Below, in pieces: positions 1-9,828 of a stretch of DNA of 64,000 bases. The position numbers were made by a program, and so were the translations under genes. Under the pieces are notes generated by a model. It did not search any database and had not been told where the DNA came from. It was given only the letters and a program-made list of their open reading frames with translations. The first letter of the stretch is position 1. The number at the start of each line of letters is the position of its first letter. This stretch comes from Aureliella sp. (lineage in GTDB: Bacteria; Planctomycetota; Planctomycetia; Pirellulales; Pirellulaceae): positions 1,760,001-1,824,000 of the forward strand of contig OY829846.1 of the NCBI GenBank assembly GCA_963691875.1, in the 5' to 3' direction.

Positions 1-413
1 TTGACGAAGCATCGGCATCGGTTGCGTTGAAGCCAAGCGACCACAAGTACGCTTGGGCCCTACGCGACAACTTCTTTTGTCGGATAACCTTGCGGCATTA
101 GCGAATCGTAATGGCAGCCAGGTTGAGACTAAGCTGTCACCTCGGTGAGACTCTATTTTGGCCCAAGCGGCAAGCAAAACTTCTTGCACCACATCGTCAA
201 CATCCGTTTCCCATCCCAGCAGCGGGTACACGAGTCTTCATAGTGCAGGTGTCTTTCTTTTGACCAATCTATCGAACTAGGCAGCATCTGGATTACGCAG
301 CTTCTCCAACGCGTCAGGAGGCGCGGCTTCTGACGCCAAATTAATATTCAAGAAAAATCCATACTAGCAATTGTGCTCTCACGTCGCCTCCTTCCCAAGC
401 TGCACTAGAAACG

Positions 414-440
414 AAAAAGCCTGGCATATCAATGCCAAGC
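414..440 (-). terminator. Probable intrinsic terminator downstream of the repeat-protein gene
   Basis: Imperfect hairpin GCCTGGCAT-ATCA-ATGCCAAGC preceded by AAAAA (U-tract on the minus strand), about 30 bp past the stop at 473. Confidence 0.55.
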
Positions 441-472
441 TCTTGCAGAAGTGGTTTGCTTTGAAGCGTTAA

Positions 473-1978
473 CTAGTGGTCTTTGCGAAAGAACTTCTTG
501 AAGAATCCACCTAAGAAGCGTCCTTGATGACCCTTCTTCGAGTGACGAACGTCGTCGTAGTCATCATCATCGTCGCCTTCTTCCTTCCAGCCACGTCGCT
601 TCTTACCGCGAGCGTCGCCATCGTCATCATGGACGTCTTCGTCGCCACCCTTCAGGCGGCGTTTCTTTTTCCCGCGGTCATCATCATCGTCATCATCATC
701 GTCGTACTCTGACTCCGGTGCCTCGTACTTAGGCTCCGGTGGATGCTCCACCGGAGGCTCTTCATACCCAGGCTCGTGATTCGGAGGCTCAGGAGCTTTG
801 TACTCCGGTTCCGGCGTCTCATACTCTGGCTCTGGTGGATGCTCCAACGGAGGCTCTTCGTACCCAGGCTCGTGATTCGGAGGCTCAGGAGCTTTGTACT
901 CGGGCTCCGGCGCCTCATACTCTGGCTCTGGTGGATGCTCCAACGGAGGCTCTTCGTACCCAGGCTCGTGATTCGGAGGCTCAGGAGCTTTGTACTCGGG
1001 CTCCGGCGCCTCATACTCTGGCTCTGGTGGATGCTCCACCGGAGGCTCTTCATACTCAGGCTCGTGATTCGGGGGCTCAGGAGCTTTGTACTCGGGCTCG
1101 GGCGCCTCATACTCTGGCTCTGGTGGATGCTCTACCGGAGGCTCTTCATACTCAGCCTCGTGATCCGGAGGCTCGGGAGCTTTGTACTCGGGCTCCGGCG
1201 CCTCATACTCTGGCTCTGGTGGATGCTCTACCGGAGGCTCTTCATACTCAGCCTCGTGATCCGGAGGCTCGGGAGCTTTGTACTCGGGCTCCGGCGCCTC
1301 ATACTCTGGCTCTGGTGGATGCTCTACCGGAGGCTCTTCATACTCAGCCTCGTGATCCGGAGGCTCGGGAGCTTTGTACTCGGGCTCCGGCGCCTCATAC
1401 TCTGGCTCTGGTGGATGCTCTACCGGAGGCTCTTCATACTTAGCCTCGTGATCCGGAGGCTCAGGAGCTTTGTACTCGGGCTCCGGTGCCTTGTACTCTG
1501 GCTCTGGCTTATGGTCCTTCTTCGAAACAAAGGTCTTCGCGTCATGCTCCTTGTAGGATTCTTCCACGCCATAGTCTTCCTTCACAGGTGACTTGACATG
1601 ATCCTTTGCGATGGGCTCATAGATGCCGGACTGGTATTCAGGCTTTTTGTCCAACTTTTTGCCTTTGTGGGAATCGCAACCGTCATCTGCATCTTCTTTC
1701 TTGGAATGCTTCTCCCCAAGCAAGTCACAATCCTTTTCGCCAAGCGTGCCACCAAATTTTCCGCCGTCGTACCAGTCGAAATTGCAGCCAGGTTGATGGT
1801 CCTCGACAGCATCATCACATCCAAAAGTTGAGGCTGACATGAGCATCATCTGCTCTGCGGTTTCCAGTCCTCCTCCAATCGCTGGATCTTGTGATTTTTG
1901 TTCTCCCAAGTCCTGCGCTTCGTTCTTCTGGCCGGGAGTTCCAAACTTCTCGCCAAGTTTGCGGACGAACTTATTCAT
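473..1978 (-). CDS. Acidic Pro/Glu-rich tandem-repeat protein, predicted disordered
   Basis: 501-aa ORF with ATG start; about 8 copies of a 32-aa unit (EPEYEAPEPEYKAPEPPDHEAEYEEPPVEHPP); poly-Asp/basic tail; downstream terminator. Confidence 0.8.
   Translation of the reverse strand: MNKFVRKLGEKFGTPGQKNEAQDLGEQKSQDPAIGGGLETAEQMMLMSASTFGCDDAVEDHQPGCNFDWYDGGKFGGTLGEKDCDLLGEKHSKKEDADDGCDSHKGKKLDKKPEYQSGIYEPIAKDHVKSPVKEDYGVEESYKEHDAKTFVSKKDHKPEPEYKAPEPEYKAPEPPDHEAKYEEPPVEHPPEPEYEAPEPEYKAPEPPDHEAEYEEPPVEHPPEPEYEAPEPEYKAPEPPDHEAEYEEPPVEHPPEPEYEAPEPEYKAPEPPDHEAEYEEPPVEHPPEPEYEAPEPEYKAPEPPNHEPEYEEPPVEHPPEPEYEAPEPEYKAPEPPNHEPGYEEPPLEHPPEPEYEAPEPEYKAPEPPNHEPGYEEPPLEHPPEPEYETPEPEYKAPEPPNHEPGYEEPPVEHPPEPKYEAPESEYDDDDDDDDDRGKKKRRLKGGDEDVHDDDGDARGKKRRGWKEEGDDDDDYDDVRHSKKGHQGRFLGGFFKKFFRKDH
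714..1508. repeat. Coding tandem repeat, 96-bp period, about 8 copies
   Basis: GGATGCTC recurs at 741, 837, 933, 1029, 1125, 1221, 1317 and 1413, exactly 96 bp apart. Confidence 0.97.
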
Positions 1979-2289
1979 GATGCACCTGCCTGCATGGGTG
2001 GTGTAAGGGGGCTGGAGTTCGCAAGTGGAAGGAGCCCGCGGGTTTCTAGGGGAAAGGTAGGTTAAAACTCAGGCGTGTTTTGTTGCATTTCCATTTTTTT
2101 CACGCACGGGCACTTGGAATCCAGCCAGCCCGCTATCGAAAGTGGCGAATCCCAGTCGCGTCTGCTCAAGATTCAACGTCAGGCAGTAAGAAGTTCGCTG
2201 TCGCATCCAATCGCGAGTAAAAAGGATACTCGCTGACAACACAGCTTCGCGAGCATCTCGGAGTTCGGTTTAAAGAAGTAACAGTGCTA

Positions 2290-2662
2290 TTACTGGCCGA
2301 CTCCGGTCACCGTGCCCGAGCCGATCGTTTTACCACCTTCTCGGATGGCGAATCGATCTCCTTCACCAACCGCTATTGGTTGCTAACAGCTGTACTGACA
2401 GACCAACACCTTGGCCTGGAAGAGCCATTTCGGTGCCAGCTCCCAACCGAGTCTGAACAGTTACATTTGCGGTTCAAAAATAGACCTCGGGCGTGTAGCC
2501 GTTGAAGAACGGAGTGTGTCGTCCGCCCCTCTCCGCTTTCAACAAGTGAACTTTCGCTTCGAAGTTGCACATTGGAGCAAGCGAGTTGGTGGCCACGAGG
2601 AATTGGCCCCAATGCGCTTGGTCTTTGGTGGTTCTACACACAATCTCCAGCCCGTCCCGCAA
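2290..2662 (-). pseudogene. tuf: Decayed, divergent elongation factor Tu remnant (end of domain II plus domain III)
   Basis: Minus-strand translation FEAKVHLLKAERGGRHTPFFNGYTPEVYF*TANVT...EMALPGQ, then after a frameshift near 2381-2386 [30 protein letters not shown]. This matches EF-Tu GGRHTPFF-GY-PQFYFRT...EMVMPG...[14 protein letters not shown]. In-frame TGA at 2474-2476. Confidence 0.85.
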
Positions 2663-2977
2663 GGGAAGTATCCGTCGTTGTCGTCTCGGTAGTAGATGTC
2701 TTGGTCAGGATGGATTCAGTCGTTTTTCATGATGTCCGAACAGTTGTTTAATAGTGCCTTCGCATCACGAATCCTGTTTGCCATCGCAGCCAAGACACAC
2801 GCCGCGAATTCAAGTTCGCGATTCCAACGACATTGCGTGACAGCGTCGGTTGAACGGTAGATCAAGCATAGTTGCTTGTCTTCGAGGGCAGTCCCCCTGG
2901 CAAAAGTCATTACAAATGGGAATTCTGGCGAATCCAAATATGGCCAGGAATTCTCGAGAATTCCGATAGAGGAATGA

Positions 2978-4270
2978 CTATGGCTTTCCGATGCACATCA
3001 GGCGAGAATTGGTCCGCACGAGCAGATAACTTTCGCCTACAACAGGCGTGGCTCGCGTCAGATCTTGCAAGTCGACCGAGCCAAGCTTCTCGTACTCGCT
3101 GCCTGCGGCAATCACCACTAGCGAACCGGACTCTGAGATGCCGAGCAGCTTGTCGCCTGCAATGACAGGCGAGGAAGATACCGGTCCATCGCTCGCACGT
3201 TCACTCCAAAGCAATTTGCCTGATGGAAGTTCGACGCAGCTGGCGACTCCGTTGTCATCCCACAGAAAGAGCAGATTACCTTTGACGACTGGCGTCGGAA
3301 CATACGGAGCATTCCGAGTGATACGGAACTTGACGTCATGGTCGCCTTCCAAGTCGACAGCAAACAGGCGGTTGCCACCGCCCCCAGAGCCTTCTGTGCC
3401 AATTGCAAGTCCGGCTACGACTTGTGGCGAGGAAACACAACGCTTCTCAAATACTTGTTTGCTCCACAGAGAATCACCTGATGCGAGATCCAAGGCAAAG
3501 AGCCCATCACCAGTATTGGCGAATAGGAGCGCAGGCTTTCCCTCCGCCGTTTCGTAAAGTGTTGGAACGCCATAGCAAACGCGACGCGTCGTTAAATCAG
3601 TTTGCCATATGGTTTTGCCGGAGGAGGCATTCAACGCAATGACACTGCTCTTTCCCGGGCGCTGCCCACCGCGGAGCTGTTCACCCTGTTGGCTGTTGAA
3701 AAGGACCAGGATATCGCCAAACAGAGCTGGCGAGGCACCATAACCGTGCTGAGACTGAAATCTTCCGAGGTCACGTGTCCAGTTTTCTGTCTTGCCGTCG
3801 AGCGAATAAGAGGCGACAGTGATCTTGTCAGGTTGCCCCCAGACGACGTAAACGGCATTGCCTCCGACACATGGCGTTGGCGATGCAAAGCTACTGCGTC
3901 GGTGTACGCGGTGTGGTTGTCCTCGAGAGTCGCGTTTCCATAGCAAGTCGCCACTCGCCAGATCCAAGCACATCACCGAACGCGCGGCGGTTTTAGGGTC
4001 TGCGCTTTGCACGAACACTTGATTGCCTCGAACCACCGGAGAGCCATTTCCCCCTCCCGGCAAACCAATGGACCAAGCAACATCGCTGCTGGACCAAGGA
4101 ATCGGGACGCTGCACGTCTCCGCAATACCCGCTCCGTTCTTTCCGCGAAAACGCGACCAGCTTTCGTTCGGGTCTGCAGCTTGGCTTGGAGCTGCAGCAA
4201 ACCCAACGATCGCACAAACTAGGAGTTGGTGAGTGAAAGGGCGGAAGGAGCGTGATCTTTTCAATCGCAT
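2978..4270 (-). CDS. Secreted PQQ-like beta-propeller protein (BamB-like family)
   Basis: Signal peptide, WSRFRG N-terminal motif and repeated W...SSPV / G.LLW blades; start placed at ATG 4270 (ORF open to 4321). Confidence 0.88.
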   Translation of the reverse strand: MRLKRSRSFRPFTHQLLVCAIVGFAAAPSQAADPNESWSRFRGKNGAGIAETCSVPIPWSSSDVAWSIGLPGGGNGSPVVRGNQVFVQSADPKTAARSVMCLDLASGDLLWKRDSRGQPHRVHRRSSFASPTPCVGGNAVYVVWGQPDKITVASYSLDGKTENWTRDLGRFQSQHGYGASPALFGDILVLFNSQQGEQLRGGQRPGKSSVIALNASSGKTIWQTDLTTRRVCYGVPTLYETAEGKPALLFANTGDGLFALDLASGDSLWSKQVFEKRCVSSPQVVAGLAIGTEGSGGGGNRLFAVDLEGDHDVKFRITRNAPYVPTPVVKGNLLFLWDDNGVASCVELPSGKLLWSERASDGPVSSSPVIAGDKLLGISESGSLVVIAAGSEYEKLGSVDLQDLTRATPVVGESYLLVRTNSRLMCIGKP

Positions 4271-4323
4271 GGAAATACTCTTGGCGTCCAGAGTGACGGA
4301 GGCGGGAAGGTGAGAGCTCAATT

Positions 4324-4845
4324 ATGGACCAAAGTCGTGCAAGTTTTCTACCCGGTGATTCACTTTTGTGGTCGTGCCCTGCGAAAGCAGTCAAATCCGG
4401 ACGCAGACTAGAGCTAGGCGAAGAACCTCCGTCTGAACGATGCATCCCGGATCTTTTCCGACTGGTGGAATCCCGACTGTGTCTTGGCGACGGAAGCTTT
4501 TCAGAAGCAGCCATCATTGCTCATGCAGGCGAGCTTCATGTACTGCAGAACTCCCTGCGCCTACACGGCAAGCAGTACACCAGCAGAGCTCTAGCAGCCA
4601 TAGAAAGCTCAGCAAAGCTTGATACTTTGGATATGAGTCATTCCGGCGTGAATACGGAAACACGTCGAGTCATCGAAAGTTTGTACACGGAGATCTTAGA
4701 TCTGTCACATACGCAAATTGACGATGGCGCGATACCAAAGCTCTCGCAAGTGAAGGTCTCTACACTCAATCTCAGTGACACAGCTATGACAGCGGAAGGA
4801 ATCTCCCGGGACGATTGGTCACTTGAGGGCCGACTACTAGTCTAG
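4324..4845 (+). CDS. Leucine-rich-repeat-like protein, possibly a truncated remnant
   Basis: LDTLDMSHSGV, EILDLSHTQIDD and TLNLSDTAMT resemble LxxLxLxxTxI repeats; the N-terminus is unconvincing. Confidence 0.45.
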   Translation: MDQSRASFLPGDSLLWSCPAKAVKSGRRLELGEEPPSERCIPDLFRLVESRLCLGDGSFSEAAIIAHAGELHVLQNSLRLHGKQYTSRALAAIESSAKLDTLDMSHSGVNTETRRVIESLYTEILDLSHTQIDDGAIPKLSQVKVSTLNLSDTAMTAEGISRDDWSLEGRLLV

Positions 4846-4949
4846 TGGCACCTAGTTAGTTTACCGCCACAGAGATCGAGCAGATTCGGCAAGTGGTCGA
4901 AATCGACAGTTCAAACCATTGATCCTATGACGACTAAGCTCCCATCGCC

Positions 4950-5897
4950 TTATTGGAAATTGCCATCACGGAAGAAGTGCACGACTGCTTCCTGCACTTC
5001 CTTGCTTTCCATCAAAAACGTGTGCAGTTGAGGGACTTCTAAAAAGTCGGCGGCTCCAGCAAGCTTGGTTTCGTCAACGCTGACCACGAAGTCACCTTCC
5101 TCGCCTATCAATGGATTGTTAGGAAGTGAATCGGAAAGGCGTCCAGCGATGATGCCAAAAGGGCACTGTGGCTTACCCAGGCGTTTGGAGAGTTCCTCCC
5201 ATTCCGGTCCGAGTTCCATTCCGCCTTGCCCTGACACGAACTTGAAAACGCCCGTCTTGGAAAGCTGTCGGGCTATCGCTGCCCCTTGATTCGGCGGTCC
5301 CAGCATCACAACTGCCTTGAGTCGCCCTAGCGTTTTGCTGTCCTTCCCTTTCTCCCAATCGCCGATGGCATGCCGCAAAACGATGTTTCCCATGCTGTGT
5401 CCGACGCAACGGAAATCAGTATTGCTTGGCAAGCTGGCAATGAACTCGCGGAAAGCTGCTGCATGATCAGTAATCGAAGCACGCGAACTGGCGTAACCAA
5501 ACTCGATGATATGGCACTCTTTCCATTCGGCCTGCAAAGCTTTGGCAACTGGGCGCATGGACGAACCAGATCGGAAGAGACCATGCATCATAATGAAAAC
5601 TGGACCATTCAATGCAACTTGCTTGGGGCCACGTTTCTCGAGGTGCTGCTCGCAAGCCTTGCGTGAGCCCCAAGCGTGCCGGACGCTGCGGTCGTCCAGC
5701 AATCTCCAGTGCCTGGTGACAATATTCTGTTGAATTTTCCAACCACCACGCCAAGCAAAATCGGTCCAGAATTGCTTGCCACCCATGGTGGGAAAAGTAA
5801 TGTTAGGAAGACCGCTGGATTCATCTTCTTGTGCGTTCAATGTAGATCCAAGCCATAGGAGTGGCAGGCCTGCCAACAGTTTGCGTCTATTCATCAT
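4950..5897 (-). CDS. Alpha/beta hydrolase (lipase/esterase-like), possibly Tat-exported
   Basis: HGL oxyanion motif, GHSMG nucleophile elbow, LGPPNQG, GDFVV and HTF; N-terminal NRRKLL. Confidence 0.88.
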   Translation of the reverse strand: MMNRRKLLAGLPLLWLGSTLNAQEDESSGLPNITFPTMGGKQFWTDFAWRGGWKIQQNIVTRHWRLLDDRSVRHAWGSRKACEQHLEKRGPKQVALNGPVFIMMHGLFRSGSSMRPVAKALQAEWKECHIIEFGYASSRASITDHAAAFREFIASLPSNTDFRCVGHSMGNIVLRHAIGDWEKGKDSKTLGRLKAVVMLGPPNQGAAIARQLSKTGVFKFVSGQGGMELGPEWEELSKRLGKPQCPFGIIAGRLSDSLPNNPLIGEEGDFVVSVDETKLAGAADFLEVPQLHTFLMESKEVQEAVVHFFRDGNFQ

Positions 5898-6414
5898 TTG
5901 TGCCTTGAAACCGATCAGCAACAGTTCCTTTTCTACACTAGAAGCTATTAGGCAATCAAGTTTGCGCTCAGCGGAATTGATTAACTGCCCCGAAGCATGG
6001 CCCCATAGCAAGCCAGCGCTTGCGGCTGCGTGCTAGACGAGACCGCGTCAAGCCGGGCGCGATGAGGGCGTGAGACGCGGACAGGAGCAAAGCAATTTCC
6101 AGTAGCAGTGGTGGGCATTCGCTGAACACCATAATGAAACGAACGAGCTGGCCGCAATTGCTAGCAATCGAGCGTCGGTTTTAACGGCAGTAAGGGTTGT
6201 TCGCTGTCGAGCTACATATTGTGCTCAAGCCCTTGCGCAATGCGTTATTCGCATGAGCAATCCTGCCGATTCCAGCGGGTGCAGGTTGCCTTAAAGCCAC
6301 ATCATCGGACCAGTGCCTGCAAAGTAAGCCAATTCCGCAGTTGGTTTGCCCCGATTCAGAGAATGAATACAGCGCCACAAGGAAGGCCGACTCACGGAAT
6401 CAAGGAGGATTGTG

Positions 6415-8493
6415 ATGACCAAGTATTGGATACTTGGCCTTGCGCTCATGCTGGGAAACCTGCCGCCGACGGCACATGGGCAATATGCAGGCCCCGCTTA
6501 CGGAAATAACCTAGGCCCTAGCATCTACCCGCTGCGGTCACATAGCGCACTCGGATTGCCTTCCGTTCCCTCTGGCTACAACGCCCAACAGCCAACCAGC
6601 TACGGGCTGACTGGGCCAACGCACGGTCAGTATCACATGGTGGGAACACAGCAAGCGCATCAAGTTCGTGCCAATCACCAGCCAACGACAGCTCCAACAG
6701 CTAGGCAGAACAACGCACATGCTCATATGCTGTCACCCGCTGGCGCGGCTGTCGCTCCTGGTGCGACAATTGCTCCTGGCGCGATGAATCCGGGAACAGC
6801 ACAAGTTGCCCCAGGCGTTCATGCGATGCAGCCAGGCCAAGCAAGTCCGAATGTTGCTCTAATGACGCCGATGCAAAGTACAGCTCCAGATGCCCCCGGA
6901 TGCTCTTCTTGCTCGGGAAATGTGGTACGGCAAGGATCGGTGATCGGCGGTGACATGGTACCCAACGCGGGGATTTCTGGAGGATACATTCAGAACTCAG
7001 TACCCAATGCGGCCATCGGTGAAACAGGTTGCAGAAATGGGTATGGAGTGCAAAGCGCACTATTTGGCGGCTCGGTTGGCTTGGGAATGACTGCTGGTGG
7101 ATCAACGATAGCTGAAGTAGGACAGGGCATTATCGGCTCTTCAGGTCTTGCCGTTCAAGGCCCAGCAGCGAACCAGGTGATCACAACAACTCCAGGCCAA
7201 GTCATCACCACGACACCAGGGGCGGTTGCATGTGGGACCGCTCCCGTCTCCTCCTACGTCAACACAGTGGTTCCTAGTGCTAGCTGCGGCGTTAGCTCCG
7301 TCTCAAGTGTTCGTTCCGGATTTGCGGTGCAAAGTAAGCCATGGTTTTTCGGGGCCAATGCGCTGATTTTTAATCGTGTAGACAACAAGCGTGTTCCCCT
7401 ATCGTTCGTGGACTCGAGCTACGGAGTCGATATCCTCACCACTCGCGATGCTCGTCAGGGCGCTGCAGGCGGCGTTGAGGTCACGCTCGGCCGCTACTTC
7501 AACTGTGGTCGCGATGCTATTCAGTTCTCTTACTGGGGCACCTACCCGCAGGACGAGAATGTGACAAGATCGGGAGCAGCAGGGTATTACCGATCCTATA
7601 TCCCTTACTCCTACTTGCAAATGACAGGCATCCCTGCAGCACCGGCAACACCATATTCGGTTTACGATTGGTACGACAACGCAGTCGTGCACCAGCTGCA
7701 TCGATCTTTCGAATATCACAATATCGAAGCGAATCTACTTGGATTTGCGGCCGGCGGTGCGGCTCGGAATTTCAACATGGGCTCGTGCGGAACGCTCTTC
7801 TCTGGATTCTATCGGAACCCAGCTAGGACAAGAGGCTGTGGCACCTGCGGATGCAGACACGGCGGCGGATGTCGAAGTCGCAATACGACTGGTCCATGCT
7901 CTTTGATCGCCCCATCTTGCGCCAGTCGATTGAACCTGACTTGGATTGCAGGGTTTCGATACTTCCGATTCCAGGAAAATCTGTTCTACGCAGCGAGTCT
8001 TTATGATGGCAGCATTTCTCGAGCGGCAGATGACATCTACTACGACGTCAACACGACCAATGACCTGTTTGGATTCCAAATTGGGAGCCGTTTGGACTAC
8101 TGCATCGGATGCCGACTCAACGTCTATGGTTTTGGCAAGGTTGGTGCGTACAATAATCGATCGAGTTTGTACTCGCGAATCGGTACGGACTTCGACTACG
8201 CGTACTTAGACGACACTCGAGGCGGCAACACCTACCAAGGTCAAGACTACTTGATTGATGAAACCAAGGACTCGGTTGCATTTCTCAGCGAGATAGGAAC
8301 TGGCTTTGGCTACCGTATCACCTCCCGTTGCACAGCGACGATGGGCTACCGAGCGGTGATTGCTTCCGGTGTAGCGACATCTACTGACAATGTTCGCGGT
8401 ACCTTCGCGCACTACGGCGATGTTCGTGACTATAACACCTGGGGGACGCTCGTCCTGCACGGCCTCAACTTCGGAGCTCAATGTAACTTTTAA
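6415..8493 (+). CDS. Planctomycete outer-membrane beta-barrel protein (BBP7-like)
   Basis: Signal peptide; low-complexity Cys/Gly/Pro N-terminal half; GFRYFRFQENL, NDLFGFQIG and terminal LHGLNFGAQCNF; AAGGAGG RBS. Confidence 0.8.
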   Translation: MTKYWILGLALMLGNLPPTAHGQYAGPAYGNNLGPSIYPLRSHSALGLPSVPSGYNAQQPTSYGLTGPTHGQYHMVGTQQAHQVRANHQPTTAPTARQNNAHAHMLSPAGAAVAPGATIAPGAMNPGTAQVAPGVHAMQPGQASPNVALMTPMQSTAPDAPGCSSCSGNVVRQGSVIGGDMVPNAGISGGYIQNSVPNAAIGETGCRNGYGVQSALFGGSVGLGMTAGGSTIAEVGQGIIGSSGLAVQGPAANQVITTTPGQVITTTPGAVACGTAPVSSYVNTVVPSASCGVSSVSSVRSGFAVQSKPWFFGANALIFNRVDNKRVPLSFVDSSYGVDILTTRDARQGAAGGVEVTLGRYFNCGRDAIQFSYWGTYPQDENVTRSGAAGYYRSYIPYSYLQMTGIPAAPATPYSVYDWYDNAVVHQLHRSFEYHNIEANLLGFAAGGAARNFNMGSCGTLFSGFYRNPARTRGCGTCGCRHGGGCRSRNTTGPCSLIAPSCASRLNLTWIAGFRYFRFQENLFYAASLYDGSISRAADDIYYDVNTTNDLFGFQIGSRLDYCIGCRLNVYGFGKVGAYNNRSSLYSRIGTDFDYAYLDDTRGGNTYQGQDYLIDETKDSVAFLSEIGTGFGYRITSRCTATMGYRAVIASGVATSTDNVRGTFAHYGDVRDYNTWGTLVLHGLNFGAQCNF

Positions 8494-8563
8494 GCAGCGG
8501 CCTATCGGCCGACTGAGCTTGGGGCTGCCGACCGAGCTTGAGTGAAACAGAACGAGAGATGAG

Positions 8564-8602
8564 AGGCGGCTGCGATTTAATCGCAGCCGCCTTTTTCTTT
8601 TT
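8564..8602 (+). terminator. Intrinsic terminator
   Basis: Perfect 14-bp inverted repeat AGGCGGCTGCGATT-T-AATCGCAGCCGCCT followed by a T-rich tract. Confidence 0.9.
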
Positions 8603-8709
8603 GCCCCGTTTCCCAAGTCGAATTATTGCTGATAATCGTGGCTTCACCGCAAATGATCGCAGCCTAGCAAGGGGCGTATAAATCCTCTGATCACTTGGAG
8701 ATAAGCAGA

Positions 8710-9750
8710 ATGGGTCGGATTATTGCCGCGACTCTTTCCGGAGCCGTTATTTATTTTGTTTGGGGCATGTTGGCCTGGATGGTTTTGCCGATCCACGGAC
8801 CGACTGTCAGTGCGGTTCCCGACGAGACTGGACTTCGCGAAGCAGTTATCGCCCAGAATCTTGAGTCTGGAGTCTACATTGTGCCCTACACAGAAGATCC
8901 GGAAGCGATGAGTGACGCTGACTCCGAGTTCAACCAGCGGCACTTGGCAGGGCCAATTTTCTCAATCTATTTGAGTAAGACGGGCATGGCGCCCATGGGC
9001 TTCAATGTCATCGGAATCGGTTTTTTGATTGACTTACTGGCGGCAGCGTTAGCAGTTGGTCTGATCTTATCCCTTGGTCCCTGTGGAAACAGTTATGCCT
9101 GCCGCGTTGGGTTCGTGACCGGTCTTGGAGTGTTTGTTGCGATCATTGGGCACTTTAGTTATTGGAACTGGATGCACTTTCCACTCGACTATACGCTGGC
9201 ATTTGTTGTCGACGTCACTATCGGTTGGGCACTCGCAGGACTTGCGATTGCCGCCTTGGTCAAGCCAACGCACTTGGGCGAGTCCCAAACGCACACTCCG
9301 ACGGTCAAAGCCGAATCTGAGAAAAAGCCAGAGCCGAAGCCGGCTCCCAAGCCAGCAGAGCCGGAAAAGCCAACACGCAACGACGCGATCAGTTTGCTCG
9401 CCGCTCTGCAGCGCGAAGCAAGATTCTTGGACATCGTGAAAGAACCCCTTGGTGACTACACCGATGCGCAAGTTGGTGCTGCAGCTCGCGACGTACTTCG
9501 TGATTGTGCTACGGTGATCGACCGACTTTTCAAAGTTGAACCTATCTTCGGCGAAGAAGATGGGACGGAAGTCGAAATCCCTGCTGGCGACGCTGCCAAG
9601 ATTCGCATTACTGGCAATGCGAGCGAAGAAACTAAGACAGGCACTTTGGTGCATCATGGCTGGCAGGCTTCTCAGTGCGAACTCCCGAAATGGACGGGCA
9701 CAAAAGAACAAGCCATGGTGGTCGCTCAAGCTGAGTTAGAAGCCAAGTAG
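8710..9750 (+). CDS. DUF2760-domain protein with an N-terminal multi-TM membrane domain
   Basis: About 4 hydrophobic segments and a Pro/Lys/Glu linker, then LLAALQREARFLD...YTDAQVGAAAR...GTLVHHGW...VVAQAELE. Confidence 0.85.
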   Translation: MGRIIAATLSGAVIYFVWGMLAWMVLPIHGPTVSAVPDETGLREAVIAQNLESGVYIVPYTEDPEAMSDADSEFNQRHLAGPIFSIYLSKTGMAPMGFNVIGIGFLIDLLAAALAVGLILSLGPCGNSYACRVGFVTGLGVFVAIIGHFSYWNWMHFPLDYTLAFVVDVTIGWALAGLAIAALVKPTHLGESQTHTPTVKAESEKKPEPKPAPKPAEPEKPTRNDAISLLAALQREARFLDIVKEPLGDYTDAQVGAAARDVLRDCATVIDRLFKVEPIFGEEDGTEVEIPAGDAAKIRITGNASEETKTGTLVHHGWQASQCELPKWTGTKEQAMVVAQAELEAK

Positions 9751-9828
9751 ACTTCTCGCTAATGAGCCAATCATCGGCTGGGCAACCATTTCCGCGAAAC
9801 CGACATACACTCAAGCACTGAAGCGATA

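Noticed and set aside
1..410. Possible gene end at the window start
   Set aside because: Only short open frames with no recognisable motifs; cannot be supported.
714..1508. 96-bp repeat as a CRISPR array
   Set aside because: Contiguous in-frame coding units with no unique spacers and no cas genes.
652..1591. Long alternative-frame ORFs (652..1110, 739..1443, 743..1591)
   Set aside because: They are shadows of the stop-free 96-bp tandem repeat; the 501-aa minus-strand frame extends beyond the repeat on both sides and has a terminator.
2716..2937. 73-aa ORF as the upstream part of the EF-Tu remnant
   Set aside because: The resemblance (FARGTALED versus IVRGSALKA) is too weak to call by eye.
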